64,000 nucleotides of DNA from Acidobacteriota bacterium (GTDB lineage Bacteria > Acidobacteriota > CAIWXX01). A model generated the notes under the pieces. It worked only from the letters and a program-made list of their open reading frames with translations. It was not told the DNA's origin and searched no databases. The stretch's first letter is position 1. Every line of letters begins with the position of its first letter. The translations under genes were made by a program, and so were the position numbers. Where the stretch lies: contig JBFMAF010000021.1 of NCBI GenBank assembly GCA_040755995.1, positions 36,574-100,573 of the forward strand. Reading direction: 5' to 3'. This document shows positions 50,180 through 61,013 of this stretch, one piece after another.

Positions 50180-53100
50180 TCAGCCTGATCTCGCGCGGCG
50201 CGCCAGGCGGAGCAAGCCGAGAGGTTCGGCGAGCTCGGCGGCGCTCTTCCGGAGCTGCGCCGCATCACCGGACCGGCCTGCCGCGGCTTCGACCTCCGCC
50301 TCGGCCAGCCAGACCTCTATTTCGCGGATGCGAAGCCCGGCGCGCTCGGCATCAGCCCGGGCAGACGCAAGAATCGTCCGCGCCTGAGCCGGATTGCCGG
50401 CGCGCGCGCGCACCTGCGCCATCGTGATCGACCCCGCGATGCGCATGTCGAGTGACGCACCGCGCGCCAAGAACGCCACCGCCTGCTGGGCTGCCTGCTC
50501 GGCTCCCCCAATTTCGCCGCGCGCCAGCAAGGAGAGAGCGAGGAGATCCGATGCGGCGGTGCCGGGATTCTCGGGCCGCCTGCTGCCGCCCGCCAGCTCG
50601 AGCGCCTTCCGCGCTGCGGCCTCGGCTGCCGCCGGTTTGCCATCGCCGATGTCGAGGTGCCCGAGCGCCACGTGCGTCGCGAGCGCGCCCCGTTGATCGC
50701 CAGTCTCTTGCCGTATGGACAGGCTCTCCTGGTAGCAGCGGCGCGCACCGGCACGGTCGTCCTGTTCGTACAGAATCGCTCCCAGGACGTGAAGTGCCGA
50801 AGCCTGGAGAGTCCGGTTGTCGCGTGATCGTGCGAGATCGAGCGCCTTCTCCGCTGAGACGCGTGCCGCGGGGATCTCCCCGCGCAGGCGATCGCATTCG
50901 GCGCTGCACAAGAGCGTCTCGGCCAGTATTCCGTCCTGCTGCTTGGCTGCGGCCGTCGCTTCCTTCGAGATCCGACTGGCCGTTGCCAGCTCGCCGTCCT
51001 GCATCAGCATGAACGTGTAGTTCTGGAGTGCTCTGCATTCGCCCACTCCATCTGCCAGGCGGCGGCACACGCCTATGGCCTCCTCGGTTCGCTTCCTAGA
51101 TTCGTCGCGGTTGCCTCGGAGCCAGGCGACAACGGCGAGGTTGTTCAGGACGGCCGCCGCGGTCTCGTCGTTTCCCGCCTCCTGCGCAATCAACAGCGCC
51201 TCTTCAAAAGTCTCATCGGCACCGCCGAGGTCCTCCTGCAATCGCAGCGCGATTGCCTTCTGAGCGAGCGACCAGGCTTCGCCTCGCCGGTCGCCGAGCC
51301 CGCGGAAGTCTTTCCTGGCCTCCGCGTACAGCTTCTTGGCTTCATCCAGGCTGCCCGTATCGCGGCGGACGCCGGCAATCGAGATTATCGCCATGATCTC
51401 GCCAGGCCTGTTCCCCAGTCTCTTCCAGACGTCGGCGGCGTTCGTATAGCATCGAAGCGCGTCGGTGTATCGATGAAGTTTGCCAAAGGCCTCGCCCTGC
51501 AGCATCAACGCCTCCGCGTGCGACCCCGAGCCTCCGGCCGCGCGCGCGGCCTCGACTGCCCGCGTGGCGGCGTCCAGCTGTCCCTGTGCGTCGCCCAGCG
51601 ATGCCTCGACCGATGACTCGGCGATGAATATCCGCGGGTCGTCGCCGAGCGGGCTTGGGAGGCTGCGCAGCTCGTCCAGCGTCTTCAGTGCGTCCTTCTC
51701 GCGACCTGCCTCCATCTGGGCGATCGCGAGATGCAGTCCGTCTTCGATGCTGTCAGGGAACTCAGCCCGGAGCACCTTGTAGGCCTCGATGGCCTTTGAC
51801 CAGTCTCGCGCGCGCTCGCGATAACGCCCCTCGATCCAGAGGCGGCTCTCGCTGGACATGTTTCCAGACAGCTCATGCGCCTTCTTCGCCTCTTGCTCGG
51901 CGAGACCCGAGTAGCCGAGCGCCAGCCAGGTATCTGAGAGGGCGAGGTGCGCCAGCGGATACGCGGGCTCGGCATCGGCCGCCTTCTGCAGCGATGCGCG
52001 CGCGCCGAGCGCGTCGAAGCGGCGCAGCCGATCCAGGCCTTCGGCGTAGTAGCGGGCCGTGGAGACCTCTGCGGGCCGCGAGGCCGAGGCGGCCGCTGTC
52101 TGCCCGGCCGAGAGTGCCGGGGCCCCGAGGGTTTCGCGGAGGTCCGCACCGGCCTGCGCCACGAGGCCCGTGATCTGCGAGATATCGCCTTCGAGTGTGA
52201 TCACGCGCGCGGTGTCACCGGTGGCGCATTCCTGGACGCGCACGTCAAGGCGGAGATGCGCTCGCGCCTCGACACCGGTGGCGAGATACGATCCGAGCAC
52301 GATCTGGTCGGCTCCGCAAGCGCGGCGCACGCGCGCGAGGGTTTCGGCTGAGAGGCTGTCGGCGTCAGGAAGGTCAAGGTCGGTCCTCATGCGTGCGGCA
52401 GTCTCGCCGGGCAAGCAGCGCAAGTCCGGCGATGCCGCGATCTCGGCCGAGAGCATCTCGCTCAGCGCGGTCGAGATCCACTGCGTGTCGGTTCTGCCCG
52501 AGAGGTTCTTGAAGCTCAGGAGCACTACGGTTGGCCGCACGCGCTTTTCGTGAACGCCTGGTGCTACGACTCTCCCCGAGTCGCTGCCCGGTCTCTCTAC
52601 GTTCCGGCGGTACACCAGCACGGCACCGATCGCAAGCAGACAAAGTAAGACAGCCAGGCCGATCAGCACGACGCGGCGCCGCGAGGCTGGTGGGACAAGC
52701 TCGCCAAACGTCCGCGGTGCTGCTTTGTCGATCGAGAGCGCGCTGACGACGTCGAGGGGCGAGGCGTATCGGTCCGCCGGTGACTGGCTGAGGCATCTCA
52801 GTATGGTTTCCTCCCAGCGCGTGCTCAGGTCGGGCGCGAGGAGGCGTGGCGACGGCGGCCGCTCGACGACACTCTTGATCGCCGCCGCAATCGGGCTTGC
52901 GCCGCTGAACGGGACCGAGCCCGTGACCATCTCATAGATGACCACACCGAGCGAGTAGACATCGGAGGACGGCGTGAGATCCTCGCCCCGGAGCTGCTCC
53001 GGGGACATGTACTCGAGCGTTCCTGCGATCGCGCCGGCTGCGGAGTAGCTCCGGCACTTGGCGTCCTGGGGCCGCGCGAGGCCGAAGTCGGTGACCACGG

Positions 53101-53641
53101 CGCGGAGCGCGGCGCCGGGACCTCCGCTGAGTATGACATTCGAGCTCTTGAGATCGCGATGGAGGATCCCTTGCGCGTGAGCGGCCGTCAGGCCTTCGGC
53201 GATCTGGCGGATGATCGGCAGAGCTTCTGCCTCGTCAAGCGCGCCCTGGCGGCGGATTCTTTCGAGCAGCGTCTCGCCCTCGAGGATCTCCATCGTGAGA
53301 AACTGGATCTCGCGCTGTGGTGTGGCGCCCTGGATCTGGTGGCATCCCATGTCATAGACGCGGCAGACGTTCGGATGCGTGACCTGGCGGGCGAGCTGCA
53401 CTTCGTGCCGGAATCGGTCGCACGCTCCCGCATCCTGGAGTGAGGCGTCGAGGAGCGTCTTGAGGGCCACGCGCTGCCGCAGCAGCGAGTCATCGGCCTC
53501 GTAGACCTCGCCCATTCCGCCGCGGCCGATGAAGCGCACTATCATGTAGCGGCCGGCGAGCACGGTTCCATTCGGCAGGCCCGGCTCGACAACCGGCCTT
53601 CCGGCCTCGCTAGTACGCACGGTGGAGCCGGGATCGCTCAT
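50180..53641 (-). CDS. Membrane Ser/Thr protein kinase with TolB-N-like and TPR domains
   Basis: GRGGMGEV, VALK, HRDLKSSN, TDFGLA, YMSPE; TM segment VVLIGLAVLLCLLAIGAVLVY; FKNLSGRTDTQW; long TPR array. Confidence 0.93.
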   Translation of the reverse strand: MSDPGSTVRTSEAGRPVVEPGLPNGTVLAGRYMIVRFIGRGGMGEVYEADDSLLRQRVALKTLLDASLQDAGACDRFRHEVQLARQVTHPNVCRVYDMGCHQIQGATPQREIQFLTMEILEGETLLERIRRQGALDEAEALPIIRQIAEGLTAAHAQGILHRDLKSSNVILSGGPGAALRAVVTDFGLARPQDAKCRSYSAAGAIAGTLEYMSPEQLRGEDLTPSSDVYSLGVVIYEMVTGSVPFSGASPIAAAIKSVVERPPSPRLLAPDLSTRWEETILRCLSQSPADRYASPLDVVSALSIDKAAPRTFGELVPPASRRRVVLIGLAVLLCLLAIGAVLVYRRNVERPGSDSGRVVAPGVHEKRVRPTVVLLSFKNLSGRTDTQWISTALSEMLSAEIAASPDLRCLPGETAARMRTDLDLPDADSLSAETLARVRRACGADQIVLGSYLATGVEARAHLRLDVRVQECATGDTARVITLEGDISQITGLVAQAGADLRETLGAPALSAGQTAAASASRPAEVSTARYYAEGLDRLRRFDALGARASLQKAADAEPAYPLAHLALSDTWLALGYSGLAEQEAKKAHELSGNMSSESRLWIEGRYRERARDWSKAIEAYKVLRAEFPDSIEDGLHLAIAQMEAGREKDALKTLDELRSLPSPLGDDPRIFIAESSVEASLGDAQGQLDAATRAVEAARAAGGSGSHAEALMLQGEAFGKLHRYTDALRCYTNAADVWKRLGNRPGEIMAIISIAGVRRDTGSLDEAKKLYAEARKDFRGLGDRRGEAWSLAQKAIALRLQEDLGGADETFEEALLIAQEAGNDETAAAVLNNLAVVAWLRGNRDESRKRTEEAIGVCRRLADGVGECRALQNYTFMLMQDGELATASRISKEATAAAKQQDGILAETLLCSAECDRLRGEIPAARVSAEKALDLARSRDNRTLQASALHVLGAILYEQDDRAGARRCYQESLSIRQETGDQRGALATHVALGHLDIGDGKPAAAEAAARKALELAGGSRRPENPGTAASDLLALSLLARGEIGGAEQAAQQAVAFLARGASLDMRIAGSITMAQVRARAGNPAQARTILASARADAERAGLRIREIEVWLAEAEVEAAAGRSGDAAQLRKSAAELAEPLGLLRLARRARSG

Positions 53642-53937
53642 GCTCCTCACAGCTCTCATCTGTCAGGAACCGAAGCGGCTCGAGATTCATCACGCGGAGC
53701 GGACCTCCCATCCCCATGCGTGATCGCGCTTCGCTTCGACAACGTGTCCTTGACAATCATACAGGACTCGTCCGCGAATCCACTTGACTGGATCTCCAAC
53801 AGTGCTCGCCGGAGCGCCTGCGTTATCGAGCCATGCGCGAAGCGGAAAGCCTGAATGTGCTGGGCCGATTCCATCGGGTCCCTCGACACCTCCAGCATGA
53901 ACGAGTTAGCCGGGGCGTGTCAACGTCTGTTTCCCTG

Positions 53938-53953
53938 GTCAACTAAAGTTGAC
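53938..53953. promoter_or_regulatory. Palindrome between the divergent kinase and EF-hand genes (candidate operator)
   Basis: GTCAACT-AA-AGTTGAC perfect 7-bp inverted repeat. Confidence 0.5.
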
Positions 53954-54087
53954 GTCTCGCTTCTGCCGCTCGACGATGGTTCCGGTACTTCTCTGGAGAT
54001 CAGGGGACCGGCGTTTTGACAACGTCGCAGAAGTTGTGCCACCATGTCGTTTCGCAGTTATTCTCTCATTTCATGTGGGGGCAAGGA

Positions 54088-54738
54088 ATGAAAACGTTAT
54101 CCCGCGTATCCGCCATGGCGCTCGCGGCGGCGGTTGTCGCTGCGCTCACGTTCACTATGACGACGGCGGCCCAGGAGGAGAAGAAAGCCGAAGGCCTGCC
54201 GGAGCACATGCCACTTCTCCAGTCGACCGACACGAATGGCGATGGGAAGATATCGCATGAGGAGCTCATGGGTGGCAGAGAAGGCTGGTTCGCCAGGATC
54301 GAGAAGGATACGGATGGCAAGATCACCCTGGAGGAATTCGTCGCCTACCAAACCGCGCAGTTCAAGGTGGCCGACGGAGCGGACCAGGACGGGATCGTGT
54401 CGGTCGAGGAGATCGAGGCCTTCTTCGTCGGCCCTGAACACAAGGTGGGCAAGGCAGCCAAGGATAAGGCCAAGAGCGGGGCGAAGCCTGCGGCCGGCTC
54501 CTCCACGTTCTCGAAGATGGACCTCAACGCCGACAGCAGCATCTGCGCTGTCGAGTATGTGATATTCTGGGATGAAGTCTTCACGAGGATGGACGCGAAC
54601 AACGACGGCAAGGTGACGACGGATGAGTGGGTTGCACGCCAGAACAACCTGCACAAGCACCTGGACGCCGACAAGGACGGCGCGGTCACGAAGGAAGAGA
54701 TGAAGAGCGCACCGCCGATGGGCGAGCCGGCGAAGTAG
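54088..54738 (+). CDS. Secreted EF-hand calcium-binding protein (about six loops)
   Basis: Signal peptide; DTNGDGKISHEE, DTDGKITLEE, DQDGIVSVEE, DLNADSSICAVE, DANNDGKVTTDE, DADKDGAVTKEE. Confidence 0.88.
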   Translation: MKTLSRVSAMALAAAVVAALTFTMTTAAQEEKKAEGLPEHMPLLQSTDTNGDGKISHEELMGGREGWFARIEKDTDGKITLEEFVAYQTAQFKVADGADQDGIVSVEEIEAFFVGPEHKVGKAAKDKAKSGAKPAAGSSTFSKMDLNADSSICAVEYVIFWDEVFTRMDANNDGKVTTDEWVARQNNLHKHLDADKDGAVTKEEMKSAPPMGEPAK

Positions 54739-54866
54739 CTACGGCCCGGGTCGGAAAGGCAAGTTCCTATGTGCAGGATACGTGTGTCAATGCTGAGCCA
54801 GTGGTACATTGACGCAGCGTATGTGGAGAAGCTCGAACGGTTGACCGAGAACCCTCTGAGGACTCA

Positions 54867-55076
54867 ATGGGTCTGAATCAGAATTCCCGCAAGAAGTGGG
54901 TCTATCGTATCGGCGTGATACTGCTTGTTGCGTCATGGTACGGGGCAACAGCGATCGAGTCATGGTATATGGGGATCCACCCCCTGGCAAGACGACCATT
55001 CACCGCACTCGACTGGGGCCTATTCATAGCTGTCATTGTTGGCAGTCTTGCTCTCAAGGTATGGTCACGGAAGTAA
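54867..55076 (+). CDS. Small two-TM membrane protein
   Basis: GAGG RBS; 69 aa with two hydrophobic segments. Confidence 0.55.
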   Translation: MGLNQNSRKKWVYRIGVILLVASWYGATAIESWYMGIHPLARRPFTALDWGLFIAVIVGSLALKVWSRK

Positions 55077-55506
55077 GGCGGCGTTCCCGGCGGTCGCGCT
55101 AGTGCATGTTCGAGAACGACTTCACTGCGCTGCTCTCCTCGGAGCGCGGTGCCTCCGCAAACACCAGGGGCGGCAAGACCAGCTTGCGACTACGTCCTGT
55201 CAGGCTCTTCGCAGTTCGATCGAGAGATCGAGAGAATGAATCCGCCGCCGACTCTGGAGGCGGCTTGCGCTCCGGCGGTCGACTTCAGCGGCTTCTTGAG
55301 GAGGCTGCTCAGCTGATGCTCATGCCTGCTCGTCGTTCTCACGGCAGAGAGCTGGAGGTGAGCGGCGATGGGAGTTGCCAGGGGCAGGGGTATTCGGCTA
55401 ATAATGACGCACAGGGCCGTCCGCAGACTCTTGTGTCGATCCACGGCCCGGCGTGTCGAGCCCGTGTGGTGCGAAACCGGAGGCAGACGGAAGAAGGAGG
55501 GAGGCG

Positions 55507-56829
55507 ATGAGCACGTACCTTTTCGCTTCACAGCCCGCCAGGGGTCACATCAACCCCATGCTGGCGATCGGCCGGCAGATGCAGTCCCGGGGGCATCACG
55601 TTGTCTTCGCGGGCTTCGCTCCGGGGCCGATGCAGCAATACGTAGAAACCGCGGGCTTCCAGTTCATCAACATCCGCAGCCTGCCGATCGCGCTGGTTTC
55701 GATGAAGCTGGTACTGGTGCCGCTTCTGAGCGGTTTCCGAGAGACCTGGTTTGCCGCTCACGCCTTCTACTCCGGCTTGACTCTCTACGGCAGAGCGTTC
55801 CAGGGCATCATCGAACGCGTGAAGCCGGACGCCGTCGTCTGCGATTTCGCATATGTCGGCGCGGGCTTGGCGGCGGAGACGCGTCGTCTCCCGTACGCCC
55901 TGGTCTACCACGCCGGCCTGAGCTTCCGCGGCCCTGGCATCCCGCCGTTCGCCAGCGGTCTGCCGATCGGGGAACCTCTGGGGGAGGAAGGCGAGCGGTA
56001 CAGCCGGGCTTTGGACTCGTTGGAGCAGTGGGTGGACCGGACGATCCATCGCGCGCGCCAGCGGCTGGGACTGCCTCCGTCCGACTCCCAATTCCTGACG
56101 CGCCCGCAGTCACCTTGGCTGACCCTGGTATTGAGCGCCGAGGCCAGCGAGGCACCCCGAGACCCTCTGCCGCCAACCTCCTACTACGTTGGTCCCTGCT
56201 TTACCGGCAGGGGCGCCGAGGCCGGTCCGCCCTTTGACACCGGCAAGTTGCGTGCGGACAGTATGAGGGTCTACGTGTCCATGGGCACGGTATTCAACCG
56301 GAAGCCGCACATTTTCCAGAAGATCATCAGTGCCTTCTCGGACGGCTCATGCCAACTGGTGGTGAGCGCAGGCTGTGCGTACAGCCGCTTGCGGAGGCGC
56401 CGGCCGCCCTCGCACGTGCTGCTCTACCGCTCCGTTCCACAGATCGACGTGCTCAAGCACGTGGATGCGGTCATCAGTCACGGCGGCAACAATACTGTCA
56501 ACGAGACGCTTGCAGCGGGCAGACCTCTCCTGGTGCTGCCCGTCGGCGGCGAACAGGGCGACAACGCCAGCCGAGTCGTCGCTCTGGGCGTGGGGCTGCG
56601 CGCCCACTTGACTCGATCCACATCCGAGGAGATCGCCGCCAAGGTCTCGCGCCTGTTGAGTGAGGCCGACTTCAAGATGCGAGCGCAGGAGGTCGCAGCG
56701 GCTCTCGCCCGCATGGACGGGCCATCCACGGCGGCCCGTTTCCTCGAGCGCCTGGTTGAGACGCGCCAACCGTTGATCCGCCCTGCGGGGTATCCGCAGA
56801 CAGTGACGCGAGACACGCCGCTTCCCTAA
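55507..56829 (+). CDS. Family 1 UDP-glycosyltransferase (MGT/YjiC-like)
   Basis: ARGHINPMLAI, VYVSMGTV, VPQIDVL...SHGGNNTVNE...GGEQ. Confidence 0.92.
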   Translation: MSTYLFASQPARGHINPMLAIGRQMQSRGHHVVFAGFAPGPMQQYVETAGFQFINIRSLPIALVSMKLVLVPLLSGFRETWFAAHAFYSGLTLYGRAFQGIIERVKPDAVVCDFAYVGAGLAAETRRLPYALVYHAGLSFRGPGIPPFASGLPIGEPLGEEGERYSRALDSLEQWVDRTIHRARQRLGLPPSDSQFLTRPQSPWLTLVLSAEASEAPRDPLPPTSYYVGPCFTGRGAEAGPPFDTGKLRADSMRVYVSMGTVFNRKPHIFQKIISAFSDGSCQLVVSAGCAYSRLRRRRPPSHVLLYRSVPQIDVLKHVDAVISHGGNNTVNETLAAGRPLLVLPVGGEQGDNASRVVALGVGLRAHLTRSTSEEIAAKVSRLLSEADFKMRAQEVAAALARMDGPSTAARFLERLVETRQPLIRPAGYPQTVTRDTPLP

Positions 56830-57156
56830 CCGACTGGGCGGCCACTCCTGCAGCCTCCCGCAGACTCCAGGGTGATCTCACTCATGTAGTGCCCGCCCGG
56901 GTGGCGGCCAAACGCCAATGCAGTCCCAGAGCGGCCATCGCGGACACTACCATGTGCGTGCGCTGCGATCCATTCAACCGGCCACTCCGCCTCTCACCAG
57001 ATCAAAATCAGCGCCGGCTCCGGCAACGACTTCCTCCGGGAGGAGCCAAAGGAAATCGCGCGAACGGGAGAGAAGAGAGGTGAGCGCCATCGGACCCGCG
57101 ACGGGCGCGGGCCGAGGGGCGCGAGGACTGTTAGCGTCAGCAAAGGAGTGACCAGC

Positions 57157-58557
57157 ATGAACACACAACGATTGAACGGTGGATGGTATCCCGGGGCGCT
57201 TGGCTGCCTGCTCGTGGTTCTCACGGCAGGGAGCTGGGCGTGGAGTGCGGCGCCGAAGTGGGCCGAGGCGATTGGAGGCGATGGGGATGAGAGCGCCTTT
57301 TCCATTCAGCAGACGGCTGACTCGGGTGCGATCGTCACAGGGTACGCGCGCGGTCTGACCTCGACTATGTGGAGCCACGACGATATCTTCGTCGTGAAGC
57401 TTGACGGCAAGGGCGCTGTCAAGTGGCAGAAAGCGTACTGGCAGGGGACCGAAGCGAAGTGGTACAAGGAGCTGGCCGAGGCGGTCAGGCAGACCAAGGA
57501 TGGCGGCTACATCGTCGCCGGATACGTGTCGCCGAAGTCGAGCTGGGACTACCAGGCCCTGGTGATGAAGCTCGACAAGAACGGCAACATCGTGTGGCAG
57601 AAGACATACGGAGGCCAGGAGTCACTGGCGCGTTCGATCCAGCAGACGACCGACGGCGGTTACATCGTGGCCATCGAGGTCTACTACACGCAGTCCTACG
57701 GGCAGGGCGACATCTGGCTGCTGAAGCTCGATGCGAATGGTAACATCACGTGGCAGAAGAAGTACGGCTCCAGGCAGGAGTATGAGTTCCCAACGTGCGT
57801 CCAGCAGACTGCCGACAAGGGTTACATTGTGTCGGGTCGGGCCTATGGCAAGGCACTCAAGTACACCTATGACGGGATTCTGCTCAAGGTGGACTCCACG
57901 GGCAACCTCACCTGGTGGAAGAAGTTCGGCGGAGCCAAGAATGACCTCGTGGAGTCTGTTCACCAGACCAAGGACGGCGGCTACATCACCGCTGGGTACA
58001 CGCTGTCGTACGGAGCTGGGAAGCAAGACGCATGGCTGGTGAAGTTCGACTCGGCCGGCGCGATCGAATGGCAGAAGACGTACGGCGGCAAGAAGGACGA
58101 TACTGCCAGATCCGTGCGCCAGACCAAGGACGGCGGCTATGCATTCGCGGGCATGACCAAGCTGGAGGGCTCATATTCCGACGCATGGCTGGTGAAGCTC
58201 GACAGCGAAGGCACACCCTTGTTCCAGAAGTACTTCGGCGCCGAGATAGGCCCGCAGAGCGCCAACACTGTGTGGGAGACGAAGGATCTCGGCTTCCTGC
58301 TGGCAGGCTACAGCGAGTCGTTCGGGAGCGGCGATGCGGATCTCTGGGTGATTCGCACAGACAAGACCGGCCTGATCAACGCAGCCTGTGACGCGACCGG
58401 CGACACAGCAGCCACGGTGAAGGACTCTACGGCGACCGTCAGCGACTACACAGCCGAAATCGCGACCACGTACGCAACCCCAGTCGCAGGCACGCTGGTC
58501 GCCGTCAGCACTCAGGCCACAACATTCCCGGTGTGCAGCGGCGCGGCTTCGGAATAG
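57157..58557 (+). CDS. Secreted beta-propeller repeat protein (QTxDGGYIVAG / WLxKLDxxGxxxWQK repeats), copy 1
   Basis: AGGAG RBS; signal peptide; about seven repeats; Thr/Ala-rich C-tail bounded by two Cys. Confidence 0.85.
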   Translation: MNTQRLNGGWYPGALGCLLVVLTAGSWAWSAAPKWAEAIGGDGDESAFSIQQTADSGAIVTGYARGLTSTMWSHDDIFVVKLDGKGAVKWQKAYWQGTEAKWYKELAEAVRQTKDGGYIVAGYVSPKSSWDYQALVMKLDKNGNIVWQKTYGGQESLARSIQQTTDGGYIVAIEVYYTQSYGQGDIWLLKLDANGNITWQKKYGSRQEYEFPTCVQQTADKGYIVSGRAYGKALKYTYDGILLKVDSTGNLTWWKKFGGAKNDLVESVHQTKDGGYITAGYTLSYGAGKQDAWLVKFDSAGAIEWQKTYGGKKDDTARSVRQTKDGGYAFAGMTKLEGSYSDAWLVKLDSEGTPLFQKYFGAEIGPQSANTVWETKDLGFLLAGYSESFGSGDADLWVIRTDKTGLINAACDATGDTAATVKDSTATVSDYTAEIATTYATPVAGTLVAVSTQATTFPVCSGAASE

Positions 58558-58698
58558 GGTCGCCTTTTCGTCGCCGCGAAGCGGGCGGAGGAGCAAGGTT
58601 GCGCGTATGCGCGTTTCGACGAGCATCGGCTCCCACACCTCCTCCGCCCGACAAGTTAAGCGGCTGATCCTGGACGAAGAACGCGATCGGACCCGCGC

Positions 58699-60636
58699 CT
58701 ATTCGCGCTGGGGCTGAGCCCCGGGCCTAATCCAATAGATGCCTCCACCCTCGGTCCCGGCGTAGAGCGTCCCAGGATCCTGTGGGTCAAACTTCAAGAC
58801 GGTCGTGCTCAACATTGGTGGAATGCCGTCGTTCATCGGCGTCCAGGTTGCCCCCCCGTTAGTGCTTCGATAGATCCCGCCCTGAACCGTAGCCACACTG
58901 AGGTTCGACCAGTTCCTGGGATCGATCGCGATGGCCGATACGCATCCGCCCTCCAGGCCGGTGTTCGCGTCGATCCAGGTGCGACCCGCGTCATCACTTC
59001 GACGGAGTCCCTGACCGCGCGTCCCTGCGTACAGAATGCCGTTGGAACTCGACGCCATGCAGTTGATCGCCAGGCTGGCCAGTCCGGCGCGGGACCAGGT
59101 CGAGCCGTCGATTGTTCCCTTCCACAGCCCGTCCGTCGTGCCGACAAACAGGCGACCGGGCGAGGTCGAGTCGAGGGCAAAGCAGATGATCTCGTCAACC
59201 TTGCTGAGACCGGCCGACACCCACACGCGGCCCCCGTCACTGCTCCTCATGATCCCCCGTTCAGTTGTACCGACCAGAACGGTGTCGGGGTGGTGCGGAT
59301 CGATTAGGAGTGGGTCCAGAGTGCATCCCCGTGGGCCGGCGATCCGCCATGTGGCACCCCCGTCAGTCGTCTTGTGTACAACGTACGAGGGGACGCTGAG
59401 GTAGATAGTTTCGGGATCATCCGGATGGACGGCGATGTCTGCGATCAGGGAATCGAATGCCGGGAGTCTGATGGTCCTCCAGGCCGATCCACGATTCGTT
59501 CTCCTCGCAAGCCACAGCCTGCCGCCGGCGTAGAAGGTCCCGGCGGACTTGCCATCGAAACTCAGCGCCCACACCTGATGCGCGCAGAGCCCCTTGTTGG
59601 AGATAGTCCAGCTTGCAGCCTCATCATGGCTCAGGAAGATCCCGTCGGCGCAGCTCCCGGCACAGATGGTGGACGGATTGGAGGCGGACAGTCCCAGTGT
59701 TTTCACAGGGAGGTTCTTCAATTGCATACCGGCGACTGCCCAACTGTCGCCGCTGTCTAACGTTTTGCAGACGCCCGCTTCCGTAGCCGCATACGCGATC
59801 CCGGGCCTCTGCGCATCCAGTGCGACCCCAAGAACGTCGGGGATGCCTTGAGCGATTTCACCCCAGGTCGCGCACGCATCAGTGCTTCTGTACAACTTGC
59901 CGCAGGCTGCGAAGACCGTGTTGGAGGCGTTGGGACTCATCACCAAGTCCGTTATGGCCTCTGCCACCAAGCCGGCGTGGCTCCAGGTTTCCCCTGCGTC
60001 CGCGCTCTTGTAGACGCCTTGCGGTTCGACATCGGTCACCCCGGCATACATGACCTTCGGATTCAATGAGTCGATCGGCAACTCACGCACCCAACCATAC
60101 CCGAGGGCGTTTTCCAACCACTTCCAGCTCTTTCCGCCGTCAACGCTCTTGTAGATGCCATGACCCCCGGTCTCCACATAGACCGTGAGGGGCGTCTTCG
60201 GATGAACCGCGACAGCATAGATACCGTCGGAGTCCAAGACTGTCCCGCCCGACGCGATCCAGGTCCTGCCACCGTTGGTGCTCTTGTAGATCCCATAGCC
60301 GGCGCCGGCATAGACAATCGAAGGGTCGCTCGTGCTGAAGGAGATGCAGGTGACATACGGCCAGATGATATCCGGTCCCATACGCGCCCACGATGCCCCT
60401 CGGTTCGTGCTTCTCAGGAGACCGCCACCGTTGGTGCCGCACAGAACCTCTTTTGGCTTGACCGGGTGAAACGCAACACATTCTACATAGCCGCCTCCCG
60501 GGCCGATCGCTGTCCACTGTGCTGCCGATTCGCCGGTCGAATCAGCGTCGGATGTGGGCCCGTCCCGGCTCCAAGTGATGGAGACAGCGAGCACAAGTGG
60601 GCTCAAGATCACGACACCTCCCAGTCGCTTTGTCAT
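58699..60636 (-). CDS. Secreted BNR/Asp-box repeat double beta-propeller protein
   Basis: AGGAG RBS; signal peptide; WTAIGPGGG; many SxDGGxTW motifs. Confidence 0.88.
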   Translation of the reverse strand: MTKRLGGVVILSPLVLAVSITWSRDGPTSDADSTGESAAQWTAIGPGGGYVECVAFHPVKPKEVLCGTNGGGLLRSTNRGASWARMGPDIIWPYVTCISFSTSDPSIVYAGAGYGIYKSTNGGRTWIASGGTVLDSDGIYAVAVHPKTPLTVYVETGGHGIYKSVDGGKSWKWLENALGYGWVRELPIDSLNPKVMYAGVTDVEPQGVYKSADAGETWSHAGLVAEAITDLVMSPNASNTVFAACGKLYRSTDACATWGEIAQGIPDVLGVALDAQRPGIAYAATEAGVCKTLDSGDSWAVAGMQLKNLPVKTLGLSASNPSTICAGSCADGIFLSHDEAASWTISNKGLCAHQVWALSFDGKSAGTFYAGGRLWLARRTNRGSAWRTIRLPAFDSLIADIAVHPDDPETIYLSVPSYVVHKTTDGGATWRIAGPRGCTLDPLLIDPHHPDTVLVGTTERGIMRSSDGGRVWVSAGLSKVDEIICFALDSTSPGRLFVGTTDGLWKGTIDGSTWSRAGLASLAINCMASSSNGILYAGTRGQGLRRSDDAGRTWIDANTGLEGGCVSAIAIDPRNWSNLSVATVQGGIYRSTNGGATWTPMNDGIPPMLSTTVLKFDPQDPGTLYAGTEGGGIYWIRPGAQPQRE

Positions 60637-61013
60637 GTCCTGCTCCTTGGTTCATCTGTTCATGAGTTCGCTTACACACGGTTCCAGTTCCGTCGTGGAT
60701 GCCGCGGACCAAGATCCAATTGGCCCGCGAGGTGTTCGGCTCATCGTGCCTCATCCGCACGAAGCGACATTCCAGGCAGAATCGGCTCAATGGTGGTCTC
60801 TGCGGCGAAGTCAGGATCACTACGAACTGGAGGTCAAAGTGCTCCACAATGCGACGCCCAAGGCCGAGTGTGGCTCGATAGCGGGTTTCTCGCAACCATG
60901 ACCCAAAGGAATTCGCGCCAACGGGAGAGGAGACAGGTGAGCGGCATCAGCTCCGCGGTGGGCGCGGGCTGATGAGCGCGGGGAGTGGTAGGATGAGCGA
61001 GGGAGTGGTCATC

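Noticed and set aside
53656..53898. 80-aa ORF upstream of the kinase
   Set aside because: No motif or clear RBS; may be a gene remnant but cannot be supported
60660..60901. Short ORF between the BNR gene and propeller copy 2
   Set aside because: No RBS or recognisable domain; lies in a divergent promoter region
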